A DNA stretch of 63,764 bases, counting the filler, from Folioceros fuciformis (taxonomy: Eukaryota): the NCBI GenBank assembly GCA_049999805.1. It is 4 parts of 3 records of this genome, joined end to end, with 100 filler letters (N's around TTAATTAATTAA, not from the genome) between each part and the next. Parts side by side here need not be neighbours in the genome. Positions count along the whole stretch, not along the records: positions 1 to 24,208 come from JBNGIO010006173.1; positions 24,309 to 42,862 come from JBNGIO010006173.1; 2 more parts are not named here. One strand, written 5' to 3'. Shown in pieces: positions 12,926 through 24,358 of the stretch (positions are counted from its first letter, which is position 1; each line of letters opens with the position of its first letter). Under the pieces are notes generated by a model, which saw only the letters and a program-made list of their open reading frames with translations, was not told the origin of the DNA and ran no database searches. Position numbers and translations under genes: made by a program.

Positions 12926-14863
12926 TCAACGCGGTTCGACATCCGTGTACCGTCCAGTGACCCTATCGTATACGAGGTTGGCCTGGCCAATGGTGCCGGC
13001 AGCTTTGTTGCGGACCTTCTTCACCAGGACTTGGACCCCGTCGACAGGGCCACTCTCCGGGTCACGGTTACGGTGGATCACCAGGCCGTTATCGCACTTG
13101 TTGATGAAATTCGCGCTCCCGGCGATGTCATAGAGATTAGGCGCATTCCCCTTCCACGCAGCCAGCTGCTTCGGGTGAGCCACAAACCACACATGACAGT
13201 CATGGTGCTGCGCAAACCGCTTCACCTTAGTCAGCATCTGGCTCACGTACTCGGTCTCCGTCTGCCCCCCTTTCCGCTGGTGGTCCAGCTCGTTGTAGGG
13301 GTCGATCACCAGGCCCCGGATCCCGTGCCTCAGAACCGCGGCCTTGGCCAGCCTCAGCACCCAGTCCACGGACGGCAGCTGGTCGTCCTCGCACCGGATT
13401 AGTACAAACGTCTCGTCCAGCCACGCCATCCCCGCGGCCAGCTCCTGCGGACTCATCCTGGGTATCGACTTGGAGTAGGGCGCGTCGAAGAAGGGCTTCC
13501 CAATCCGCTTCTCCAGCAGCTTCCTGGAGTGCTCCCGGACCTTGTTCTCCATCGAGCACAGTGCGAACGTCCAGCTCCTCTCCTTGTTCAGGTTGCAGAG
13601 CAGCGCATCAATCCACTCACTCTTCCCGGAATTCGGCACCCCGGTTACCACCGTGAGCTCCCCCGGCACCACCCGGTAGTAGTCGTCCAATGCCTGCCAG
13701 CCGGTGGTCACTCCCCGTTCATCCCCTAGCCGAAGGTAGTAGTAATCATCAATCTCCTTGGAGAACTGCGAGTAGTGAAACAGTCCCCGGATCGGCATCA
13801 ACTCCGCCTTCCTCACCGCCTCCCGCAGCGCATCCTTCCCCAGCAGCCGCAGCATGTCGTTGGCATCCTTCACCTTCACCCCACCCGCCACCGCCGCCGC
13901 CGGCCACCTCACCCGCCAGCACCGCTCCCGCCCTAGCCGCCTTGCCAGTTCCTCCGCAAGAGCCTGCCCCGGCTCGTCATCATCGGTCGCAAGCACGATC
14001 TTGGTCGCCTTCTCCAAACACTCTCTGGAGTCCCAAAGGTACCCGAACTCCCTGTCCATTTCCGGGCTCGGATCGTTCACCCCCGCCTCCACAGCCACAG
14101 CCACGGCCGGGGCTCCATCCGGCACACTCAAACAATTACGGATCCCAGCCTCGTCCATGGACAACTTGTCCATCTCCCCCTCCACGATCACCACCTCCTT
14201 GGCATCCTTCTCCAGCCCCTCCAACCCGTACAGAATCCTTTTCCCGCCCTTGGCCTGCCAATACCTCTTTCTCGAGTCCCGAAACTTGCAGTTCGCGATC
14301 CTCCCATCCCTCTGCTTATACAAAAACGCAATCGCACCGCCATATCTCATCACCCCGCTCGCTTCCAGCGTCTTACTGGAGATCCTCCGCCGAACAAAAT
14401 ACTGCACCAGCTCCTCCAGCTCCTCCACCTTCCCCAGCCTCCCCGCCACAGCAGAGAGCTCTACGTCCTCCCTGTCCTCCGCCGCCGCCTCCGCCAGGCA
14501 CTCCACTGCTGGAACCCTACCCCATCCTCGCCCCGCGTGCATTCCCCGTCTCCAGTCATTCCACACCGCCGCCAACCGCTCTCTACCGCTGCCGCCACAC
14601 TCCAGCAAGCCGCCCCGGATCCCCCGACTTCGCGAGCAGCATTGGGCGCCTTGCCACGACCCGGGCAGCGCCCGCTGCGTGCGCGGGATGGGGATCCACA
14701 CCGCGCCTAGGCAGCCCCGCTTCAGAATTCCGCGCAACGCACGAAATGACAGGAGCTTTCCGGACAGCAGAGCAGCGCATTCCCTGGCCTTCACCTTCCA
14801 GATCCAGCAGCAGCAGCGAGAGTTGCACGCGCGCCCTGCCGCTACCTGCCCGGCCAGCACCAT
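12926..14863 (-). CDS. TWINKLE: Twinkle-like organellar DNA primase-helicase (TOPRIM + SF4 helicase), single exon
   Basis: 645-aa ORF. TOPRIM motifs IVEGEMDKLS, LATDDDEPG, KDAND. Helicase Walker A GVPNSGKS, Walker B LVIDPYNEL, HVWFVAHP, YDIAGSANF, KVRNK. The Arg/Gly-rich N-terminus is consistent with a targeting peptide. Confidence 0.93.
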   Translation of the reverse strand: MVLAGQVAAGRACNSRCCCWIWKVKARECAALLSGKLLSFRALRGILKRGCLGAVWIPIPRTQRALPGSWQGAQCCSRSRGIRGGLLECGGSGRERLAAVWNDWRRGMHAGRGWGRVPAVECLAEAAAEDREDVELSAVAGRLGKVEELEELVQYFVRRRISSKTLEASGVMRYGGAIAFLYKQRDGRIANCKFRDSRKRYWQAKGGKRILYGLEGLEKDAKEVVIVEGEMDKLSMDEAGIRNCLSVPDGAPAVAVAVEAGVNDPSPEMDREFGYLWDSRECLEKATKIVLATDDDEPGQALAEELARRLGRERCWRVRWPAAAVAGGVKVKDANDMLRLLGKDALREAVRKAELMPIRGLFHYSQFSKEIDDYYYLRLGDERGVTTGWQALDDYYRVVPGELTVVTGVPNSGKSEWIDALLCNLNKERSWTFALCSMENKVREHSRKLLEKRIGKPFFDAPYSKSIPRMSPQELAAGMAWLDETFVLIRCEDDQLPSVDWVLRLAKAAVLRHGIRGLVIDPYNELDHQRKGGQTETEYVSQMLTKVKRFAQHHDCHVWFVAHPKQLAAWKGNAPNLYDIAGSANFINKCDNGLVIHRNRDPESGPVDGVQVLVKKVRNKAAGTIGQANLVYDRVTGRYTDVEPR

Positions 14864-15381
14864 GCCCCAAACAGGCTTCAGGACAAGCGCGAAGCGTTAC
14901 CGGAACATTAGGGCTAAGTGTCCCTTTGACTCCGCCCACGATATAACGACCAGCGTTTTCCGCTTTTCATTTTCCATTTTGTGTGAACCATTTAACTAAT
15001 TTGCTTGACGGTAGCCTTTCAGGGTGGTTCGACGCTTAAAACGAGGAAACAGTCGCACCCTTTGCTGTCTCTCTGGAATGCACCGGCCTCACTCTCACCT
15101 TGCTACTTAATTTGTGTCTCTCGGTGCGTTCGATGGAAAAGCCACGGCTCGTGGGGGCTTTCACTGCTTTGCATTCACAGCCATCACACACCGCATTCTA
15201 GGCAGGCAAGAAGGATCCTCATCCATCTTACTTGCCAAACCAATTTGTGCACAGGTTTGAGGTCTTTTCATGAACATTACAGTGTGGTGATCCGCTTTGT
15301 TACTTACTGCATAAGCTGCTCCTCTCTCGACTACTTGTTGCAGGAATTGTTTGGTTTAATTGAAACCATAAATTTGGCACC

Positions 15382-16901
15382 ATGACGATCGTCATCCCTC
15401 CTAAAGATCCCAAAGTGTGGAAAGGATGTGGTCGGAGATTTGTGCCACCACCTTCTCAACATGAAAACCCACCACCTCCTCTAGGTGCCCGTGCAAACTT
15501 CAGATTGACTCACAGGCCTGATGGGTGTATGTCCGGATACACTGGATACAAACCATCCCAGAAAAACCATGTGTTTTCTCACACCAATGTGGAGAATACT
15601 CATCGGGCAGCTGTTGTCCACGATGCTATTCGACATGGGCAATACAAAAAAGCTCTACCTCTTGTTGGTGACATTCTTTTCTTAAGAATTTGTTCTAAGA
15701 TTTGTGAACTACTGGTTTAGAAAATTATAATCTAAATGCTAGCTGAAAGTATCAGCAACTCAAGTAACATAAGCATAGAAAGAATTTACCTCTAGGGACT
15801 GCTAGTTTGCTCAACACTACTAAGCATTTGTTTACTTCTGTCTACATAGAGCGTTGATCATCGTCCACAAGGAAGGCAATTCTTGTATGCCCAAGGATGT
15901 CGACGGGAAGGAATGGGACCCAATGAAGATCCTCGAGCAGTAAAATATATCTGTAGCAAAAGAGAAGCACCCCCAGAAACAAGACATGCTTCTGGAAATC
16001 TCATCATTGATGAGATGGAGTATTAAACTCCACCTTTCTTTGCAAATGCTGTTTTTTATGGCAATGTGTGTGAACACAAAAGTGCTGAATTCTTCTAGTC
16101 ATGTCTTCACAAACACATTTTGCTTTACCAATCAGGTTCTTATTTTGTTGTTCTCAAATGTTTGCAGGACTTGCATTGGAACAACAGACAAAGGGGTGAC
16201 CAAAACGTATCATTCAACATCCTACCCAGAAAATAATTGTCCTTACAAAGATAGGACTCTATGCTTGCAAAGGCAACTTGAACCTATACAGAATGATGGA
16301 TTTGAGGTTCTGGAAGGAAGACATCACATTAATGGTTACACGGGCCATATTCACGCTATTCAGGTGAACTAAACTAAACATCTTTTTGCTCATTAGAACT
16401 TCATGTACTCACATGTTGTGGAATTGAACAAACTTCTAACACAAACATGTATTCTTGCCATCAGCATATTTATGCACGCTCTTATGGCAAGATGACAAGA
16501 GCGCTCCATAACAAGCCGGCTCTCCCAAAAACATCAGCAGAATTTGTGTATTTTGCTGATAACAGACCATTGATAAGCAATCCATTTGAGGAGAATATTT
16601 TTGTGTGAACATTCCTTTAACACATGTATTGAATGTTAGTGGTAAGTACTTACTTATATACATTTAGTCACATATCTCTACAAAAAGGAGTTATATAACA
16701 TGAATTTCTTTTTAAAGATTGATTTCATCAATTCTTATTTTGTATAATAATAATAATAAAATTCTAAAATGAATTCTTGATATGTTTCAGAATAAGTGCT
16801 CATATTGTTGCGAGGCTTGTTCTATGCGTATGGAACTGGGTCTGGGAATGCTGGACTCTTATCGTTGTGATAATTGTAAAATGAAATTTAGTTCTAATTA
16901 A
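15382..16901 (+). CDS. 5-exon gene (~298 aa) with FAM166/CIMIP2-like GYTG motifs; putative ciliary microtubule inner protein
   Basis: Phase-consistent GT-AG exons 15382-15663, 15850-16019, 16168-16363, 16465-16602, 16791-16901. The product contains SGYTGYKP and, across the exon 3/4 junction, HINGYTGHIHAIQHIYARSYGKMT. Cys-rich tail NKCSYCCEAC...CDNCK. Confidence 0.6.
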
Positions 16902-17595
16902 AAGCTTCTTTTTCAATCCATTTATTTTTAATTAAATATTTAAATATACTTCTTATCTATCTATCTATCTATCTAACTATCTAGCTAAATAAATTTATGC
17001 TGCAGCCAAAATTTATTCTAAAAATTCTTTTTTAAATGGTTATGAAAACATCATCTTTATTCTGTGTGCATATTCTTTTTATATGTTAAAGTATGTTCTA
17101 TTTTTTAATAATAATTCTTAAGATTCTTTTTATCTTGTAAAAGATGCATATGCTTCACTCAAGGTGTTGCACAAAAGATTGTTGATATCTATCATCAGCT
17201 GTCTAATATATGAAGATTGTATTTTTCTTCATAAGATTATAAAATATGAGTAATTAATTATATAGTATGTGAGGAATATTACATAATAGATAATAATGAT
17301 GGATATTAAAATAGAATTTAATTTGAGAACACTTCCTTGAGAAGCCCTTATTATGCTTTTTCCTCATCCTAGCCTAAACTTATATTTTTCAGACCGACTC
17401 AATATAATAAGCTTGATGGTACTTTGTAGTAATAAACGTGGTGTACTAAGGGAAAGTTTGTGAATAGCACTGAACGGTAGAGTCGGACGTGAAAGCGTAT
17501 CTCTAGTACAGAAGGCTTTGGAACTACTGTATGTAGACGCGAGGGAACAACACTAAGTGTCACCTCAAATCGGGCAAAGGAAAACGAGATTCGTC

Positions 17596-17604
17596 AAACC
17601 CTAA
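17596..17604 (+). promoter_or_regulatory. Telo-box (AAACCCTAA) upstream of the KH gene
   Basis: Exact motif at the AT-rich to GC-richer transition before the KH gene leader. Function is inferred. Confidence 0.4.
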
Positions 17605-18355
17605 TTGAGGATGGGATGATGCTAGCTATTAATAGAATCATGCAAACTGCATAGGGCGATGTATTCAACACGATCGGCCTGCCTCCCACGAGGCTCTAAG
17701 GATTGCGGTCGCCCTTGGCCAGATTGGCCGGCATTGTGTGAAAAGGAGGGTAGTCCGATCTTGTGTTTGCCGCAACTGTATCCTCCGCAACTGGGTATGA
17801 ACTTGAGCGCACTTCCGAAGCATTTGGCACTCCACTGTAGAGCCCAAACAACATGTGCTGGCATCTAGATCGAGGCACAGTTTTTTGATTCACTCTCATG
17901 CGCTGAATTGGACGGTTGTTGTGGGCGTTGCCCTATCTGAGGTTGTGTGTCTCCGATCTCTAAGGTCCTGGAGGCCCTGAATTTGAGTCGCTGGAGGATT
18001 CCGATCTCCTGGTACCAGCTGAGAGGGCTTTGCTTGGCAAGGGGCTGGGCTGTGATTTTGTGTGTCGGAAGGAAAGGTTATTGGTTGGCGGGCCCAAATT
18101 GTGACGGAAAGCTACTTGGGGTAGTTGCTAATTTTGATCCAATTCGTGAACGAAGGAGGGCGCTTCGAGCCGAGTGAGCTGAGAACAAATTCTGAGGATA
18201 TCTGGGAGTGAGTGAAACACCTTGCGGGTGTCATATACAGAAGGCTGCTACTCCGCCAAGCACGACAGATGTGCTCAAATGTGAGCAGTTATGATCATAG
18301 CCGTTTGGCAGCTCATGTGCTCCCCAACGTTTCCTCTGTTTCGTCAGCGGATGGG

Positions 18356-20137
18356 ATGTCTAGGAAAAGGGCTCACGACAGCAGCGAGCAAGGACCTGGC
18401 TCAGCAAAACGGGTTGCCAGGACTACCGTTGAGACCGTGTTCCGCCTCCTGATACCGTCAACCAGGATTGGCAGATTGATAGGGAAGCAGGGTGCTCAGA
18501 TCAAGCAACTGAGAGAAGAAACTGCTGCACGGATAAAGATCACAGACCCAATCTCGGTGCGTTTGCCTGGTCCCTGTGTGTGTCCTCGTTCCCTGCTGTA
18601 ACCTATTTGTGGGCTTGTGTGATTGAGGGAAGGCATGTTTGCAGAGTGTGGAGGAACGTGTGGTGGTTATAACCTCCAAAGAGGAGTCTACCAATTCTCG
18701 AACTGCTGCTGAAGATGCCCTGCTGCGGCTGGCCACGGTTGTTTTGGAGGTGCGTGCGTCCAGCTTGGTTCCCAGGGTTATGATAACCCTTTGGCTGTCG
18801 TCGCAATTACTGATTGTTTGCAGGGAGGATTGTAAGCATGGTGCGTGGAATTAGGGTAGCTATCATACCTGCTTTTGTTTGGACGTAAGGTGGTAACGTT
18901 GGGCTGGGTTGGGTCGGGTTGGGTTTATTTGGTGTGGTTGGCAGGAACAAGCTGAGGGTCCTGCGACTGCATCTATTGGGCCCCAACATCATGTTGCAGC
19001 AAATCTAACTCGTCTTCTGATCGCTGGGTCCCAAGCTGGCTGCTTGATCGGCAAGGCAGGGGCTACCATCAAGGAAATCAGGGACACGTCTGGAGCCAGT
19101 GTGCGAGTAATGCCGCCAGAACAGCTGCCTGTATGCTCAGGAGTAGTAGAGGGTGACCGGCTTGTGCAGGTGTGACCGGGTACCCTGACATGCAGGGCCT
19201 TGATTTCAAAAGTTTAGGTGTGTGTGTGCAAGCAAAGTGGCATGTGGTGATGTGTGTGGTGCAGTTGTCAGGTGAGGTGCCGCAAGTTCAACACGCTTTG
19301 GAGATCATAGCTGCCAAACTCAGGTACCTGAGTAAGGCGTGGTGGGTTTAGAAGAGTGGCAGAGCTTGTGTTGTGTGGTGCAGATTAGATGGTTGGACCT
19401 TTGAAAGGGTCAGGTAGTGTCACTACTCTTGTGTGTGTGTGTGTTTGAAGTAAAACAAGTGGGGTGGATGCAGAGTAAACCCTCCCAGGGATTCCACGGT
19501 GGCAAGGCCTGCCTACTACTTCGGCGTTGGGCCCCAACAGCAGCAGTTGCTGATACCCATCTACACTGTGCAAAGCTCTCAACCTTCAGTTCAAAGCCCA
19601 GCAGCCAGCGTAACGTATGGCATGATGCGCCCTCCTACTGCCCCGACCAAAGGCAACCTGAAGATCACTACCGAGATGACAGTTCCCAGCACACAGATAG
19701 GAGGCGTCATCGGGCGAGGGGGCTCCAACATCAACCAGATCAGAGCACTGTCTGGGGCATGTATCAAGGTGTGTAACTCTTTGTTCAGGTTGTAGGCATA
19801 GCACGAAGAGGTGTCCAAACTAAAACTCCACCAAAAGGGGGTGGGGGGGGGGGAGGGAAGGAAAGGACAGGACAGGAAGTAAACTGACTTTGTACGTTCA
19901 TGTATCCATCCACAGGTAAGCAGCCAGAAAGACGGCAACCTGGGCAGAAGCATCACGATCGAAGGCAGTCCGGAGCAGGTAACGTGGCCGCTCCGTGGGT
20001 TATTGACTTGTGCACTGCGTTTGGGGCTCCTCATGTACAAACAAGGTAAGCAGAGAAGAAGAGTGATGAAAGGGTTGGGTGTGGAACAGGTACACGCTGC
20101 CAAGTCCTTGGTCCAGGCCTACATGCATGCTCCATAA
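18356..20137 (+). CDS. Three-KH-domain RNA-binding protein (PCBP-type, FLK/PEPPER-like)
   Basis: Exons 18356-18556, 18645-18749, 18945-19169, 19265-19323, 19474-19768, 19916-19978, 20090-20137, all GT-AG and in frame. GxxG loops IGKQG, IGKAG, IGRGG. Ends VQAYMHAP*. Confidence 0.9.
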
Positions 20138-21026
20138 AAGAGCGTTCTGGGAGCGGGACATACATGGCCACTCTCCGACCAGAGGTGCTCGGCGACAAGA
20201 CTCGGTTGGGTCAGATATACCGTTTTTACTGCCTTGTTATGGTGTAATTTATGAATTGAAGGAGTGCAATCCTCGGGGCCGGGCTGGGCTGGGCCAGGCG
20301 ACGTTGGGTGTGCAAAAGCGGTGCCAGTTGCACATTGATGTAGGGAAGGTGTTGCCGTAACGCGTCCCGGTCCGTGGCGATGCGATGCGATGCGTCCGGG
20401 TCGTGGTCGTGGGCCGGGTCTGGCGGCAGGCGGCCGTGCGTTGGAAACGCGGNNNNNNNNNNNNNNNNNNNNNNNNNNNNNNNNNNNNNNNNNNNNNNNN
20501 NNNNNNNNNNNNNNNNNNNNNNNNNNNNNNNNNNNNNNNNNNNNNNNNNNNNGGTCCGGGTGTGTGCACACCAGGAGCACGTGGTGGAAGGAAGATTCCG
20601 AGCAGGAGGAGCACGGGGAGGACGTGCTGCAGCGCGTGATAAGCCGCTTTCACACTGCGGCTGGTGCATGACTGTGGGTGGTGGGCCCCGCTGCAGGCTG
20701 GCCGTACCGGCGGTGCAGGTTCAGGTTCCGGGCCCGGGCCCTGAGCCTGGGCCCAGCCGCCCGACTGTTCTGGACTCGGTTTGCTGGCGGGCTCCAAAGC
20801 TGTGTGAGCTGGTGTCGGCACACTCTTGGCTTGTGGTCCATGGGAATTGGATAGAATAATCAACTGGGCCCCGACGTCGGGAAGCAAATCGAAGCCAAGC
20901 AAATCGAAGCAGAGCGGAATAGGAATATTTGTAAGTACAGTACATATGTATGTACATCCGCCTGGGCTGCCTGCTTTGCGTATAAATAAATATAAAAAGG
21001 AGCATATTCCCCAGTTCGGAAGCATA

Positions 21027-21092
21027 CATGTATGTATGTATGTATGTATGTATGTATGGGATGTAGGTAGGTAGGTATGTAGGTAGGTAGGG
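21027..21092. repeat. Compound (TATG)n/(TAGG)n microsatellite
   Basis: Read directly. Confidence 0.9.
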
Positions 21093-22124
21093 TGTGTGCG
21101 ATCCCCGTTGGGCCCATGGCAGGCTCATCAGGCAGGCTGCTAGGGCAGACTCGGAGGTGCGGGAGGCACGTGGCCAGCTACTTACCCGTTTCCGACATGG
21201 CGCGGTTACAAAGTTAGGTCCGTGCCACCTGTCGCGCGCTCATCTACGACGTCGTGACGTGGAGCCTACGAACACCGCTCTTTATCGTCCCGGGGCGGCA
21301 ACACTGGATAAAAGTGCGCACCGCAACACAAGGAAAGTTCCTAGCTTTGCTCCCCCACCTGACGGCCGGGCCGGTTCAGTTCGGTTCGGTGCGTCTTTCT
21401 CTGCACATACGTATGAATGTGTGTGTTTATGTATGTAGGTACCTGGCGAGACTGGCCTAGTAGGGTGGCCAGCCACCTCACGCTGTGAGACGTGACGTGT
21501 GCGGTCTGCGAAGCCCTAGACTAGGCTAGGCTAGTGCGTACCGCCCACCGGACGCGTCTTTAAGAACACTGCGACTTGGGGACCCACCCTTCAACGTACA
21601 GTACAGCATGTACTGTCCTGTATGAATTCACGCTTTTGTTTTGTTACGCGGACCCAACGCGGGTTACCGCTGTTGCAGTAACACAAGTCCTGCTCCTTCA
21701 AACTTGCTTCCGTACCATATCCAATACCTTCTGTACCTTCCCTGCTTCCTCTGTCGGCATGCATTACCCTGCCAAGGCCTTGTCTATCACGAACTTCCAA
21801 ACCGAAGCAAAGCAATTCAAATGCAGACTTCATGGTAGCTTTCTCTCGCCCCTTGTACAAGTGTAAGGTGAAGATTTTATGAAAAGAAAGAGAAGGTGAT
21901 TGCTTGTTGGCATGGGCAGGCGATTCAATGCTTTATTGGAAACCCCTGTGCCACTAGAAGTATGCAAGGTAGATTTTGTGGAGGTATTCCTAGTCTGCCT
22001 CATGGGTGTGCAAGCCCCTTGGGCAACGAAGGAGATTATTTCATTCCAATCCTTCTACCACGCATATGGTAACAAGAAGCTACTTGAACATCCACCTCCG
22101 CTAGGGCAGGGCAGGGCTCCTACC

Positions 22125-23220
22125 TAAGCACTTCCAAACGTATTGTTCTACATTGCCTATGGTTCTCAACAATCATATTGCTCTCGTGCAATCAGTCATG
22201 CAGGCTTCAAGGCAATCTCCTTGCTAGCAAAGGCAACAACACCAACAATGCTCTTGCCTAAGCTCCTACCTAAGCACCTCCACACATATTGTTCTACATT
22301 GCCTATGGTTCTCAACAATCATATTGCTCTTGTGCAATCTGTCATGCAGGCTCCAAGGCAATCTCCTTGCTAGCAAAGGCAACAACACCAACAATTCTCC
22401 TGCCTAAGCACATGCTCTTGTGCAGTCAATCATGTAGGCTNNNNNNNNNNNNNNNNNNNNNNNNNNNNNNNNNNNNNNNNNNNNNNNNNNNNNNNNNNNN
22501 NNNNNNNNNNNNNNNNNNNNNNNNNNNNNNNNNNNNNNNNTCATGTAGGCTCCAAGGCAATCTCCTTGCTAGCTAGAGGCAACAACACCAACAATGCTCC
22601 TACCTAAGCACTTGCCCTTGCGTAGTCAGTCGTGCAGTCAGTCATGTAGGCTCCAAGGCAATCTCCTTGCTAGCTAGAGGCAACAACACCAACAATGCTC
22701 CTACCTAAGCACTTGCCCTTGCGTAGTCAGTCGTGCAGTCAGTCATGTAGGCTCCAAGGCAATCTCCTTGCTAGCTAGAGGCAACAACACCAACAATGCT
22801 CCTACCTGAGCACTTGCCCTTGTGTAGTCAGTCGTGCAGGTTCCAAGGCAATCTCCTTGCTAGCTAGAGGTAACAACACCAACAATACTCCTACCTAAGC
22901 ACTTGCCCTTGTGTAGTCAGTCGTGCAGGCTCCAAGGCAATCTCCTTGCTAGCCATAGGCAACAACACCAACAATGCTCCAGCCTAAGCACCTCCAAACA
23001 TATTGTTCTACATTGCCTATGGTTCTCAACAGTTATATTGCTCTTTGTGCAGTCAGTCATGGAGGCTCCAAGATAATCTCCCTGTTAGCCGTAGGCAACA
23101 ATACCAACAATGCTCCTGCCTAAGCACCTCCAAACATATTGGTTCTCAACAACCATATTGCTCTTGTGCAGTCAGTTATGCTCCAAGGCAATCTCCTTGC
23201 TAGCCAAAGGCAACAACATT
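22125..23220. repeat. Tandem array of ~90-145 bp units with core CTCCAAGGCAATCTCCTTGCTAGC...GGCAACAACACCAACAATGCTCC
   Basis: About 9 copies, with near-identical 101-bp units at 22541-22840. Contains an N gap. Confidence 0.9.
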
Positions 23221-23338
23221 GCCCATATTTTAAGAGTGGTACTATTCTACTAGGGTTGGGCTTCCCTGATTATAGATTTTTACAACATAGCTTTGTGACG
23301 GCTACACTAAGATGCTCCTATTGGGATGTTGAGCCCAT

Positions 23339-23490
23339 ATGGTCTAGTTTTGTTCTTTGTTTTATGATGGGTGAAATGTAAAATGAGATGGTCTAGTTTT
23401 GTTCTTTATTTTGTGATGGGTGAAATGTAAAATGAGATGGTCTAGTTTTATTCTTTGTTTTGTGATGGGTGAAATGTAAAATGAGATGGT
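23339..23490. repeat. ~49-bp tandem repeat x3
   Basis: ATGGTCTAGTTTTGTTCTTT...GGGTGAAATGTAAAATGAG is repeated. Confidence 0.85.
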
Positions 23491-24252
23491 TGCAACTTTA
23501 TTCCTCACACTGAGAGGAAATATAGGGTCACTACAAGGGAGTCCCTATGGATATGCCATATAAGTCTTAATCTAAATCTAAAAGAAAATATTCTTCAACA
23601 TTTTTGAAGTTCTTACCTCTTTCTTTTTTTTACCATTAAGTGGAATAAGAATTACTCCTACCTTCTTCACTGATATATTTACATAGAATGATTCGTTTCT
23701 TTATCAAAAAATTATTAAAAATCATAAAATAATAATGAATATATAAAATAAATTTAAATAATGGAAAGTTTTTAGCTCCATCTTAGTAACAACGTTGGTT
23801 TGAGTGCCAAGCAAGTAAGCTCCATGCAAAGGCATGTTTAGCAGAGCAGGTTACTAAGAGAGCATGAGAAGCATGCAGCCCTAGGAAAAAGTGTGTGGTA
23901 GTGAATAATAGCTTAAGGCTTAAGTAAGTGCTTAAGTAAGTAGTTGCTAAGTTAGTGACTTGAGCTTGTGTATAAAAGGGGACCTACCTAAGGGCTAAGG
24001 AAAGTTCAGTACAGTGGAGTTGAGATGAGTATCTCCTCAAAGCCTTGAGAGCACTGGGTGCTTGGGCTATGCCTTGAGAGCATGTGTTGCTTGGGCTGTG
24101 AGGGCACATGAAAGGTGCTGTGAAGGAGCTGTGGGAGGAGGCCAAGAGAAGGGAGAGCTAAAAGAGAAGGGAGAGCTAAACTCCTAGCTTAGGCAAAGAT
24201 GGAGAGTTNNNNNNNNNNNNNNNNNNNNNNNNNNNNNNNNNNNNNNNNNNNN

Positions 24253-24264
24253 TTAATTAATTAA
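24253..24264. other. Artificial scaffold linker TTAATTAATTAA within N runs (also 42907-42918 and 62671-62682)
   Basis: The same six-frame-stop 12-mer flanked by Ns occurs three times. This is an assembly artefact. Confidence 0.95.
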
Positions 24265-24358
24265 NNNNNNNNNNNNNNNNNNNNNNNNNNNNNNNNNNNN
24301 NNNNNNNNACTTAGTTCTTCTTGCGAGGCGGGTTGGAGGTGTTGCGGAGGTCGTTGGC

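Noticed and set aside
13690-14999. Long plus-strand ORFs (418 and 381 aa)
   Set aside because: Antisense shadows of the GC-rich Twinkle CDS with low-complexity products.
22125-23220. Repeat-spacer look resembling a CRISPR array
   Set aside because: The intervening sequences are themselves repeated, there are no cas genes, and the context is eukaryotic.
24209-24308. TTAATTAATTAA islands inside N runs, and ORFs ending in LIN
   Set aside because: Artificial scaffold spacers, not biology. Adjacency across them is unverified.
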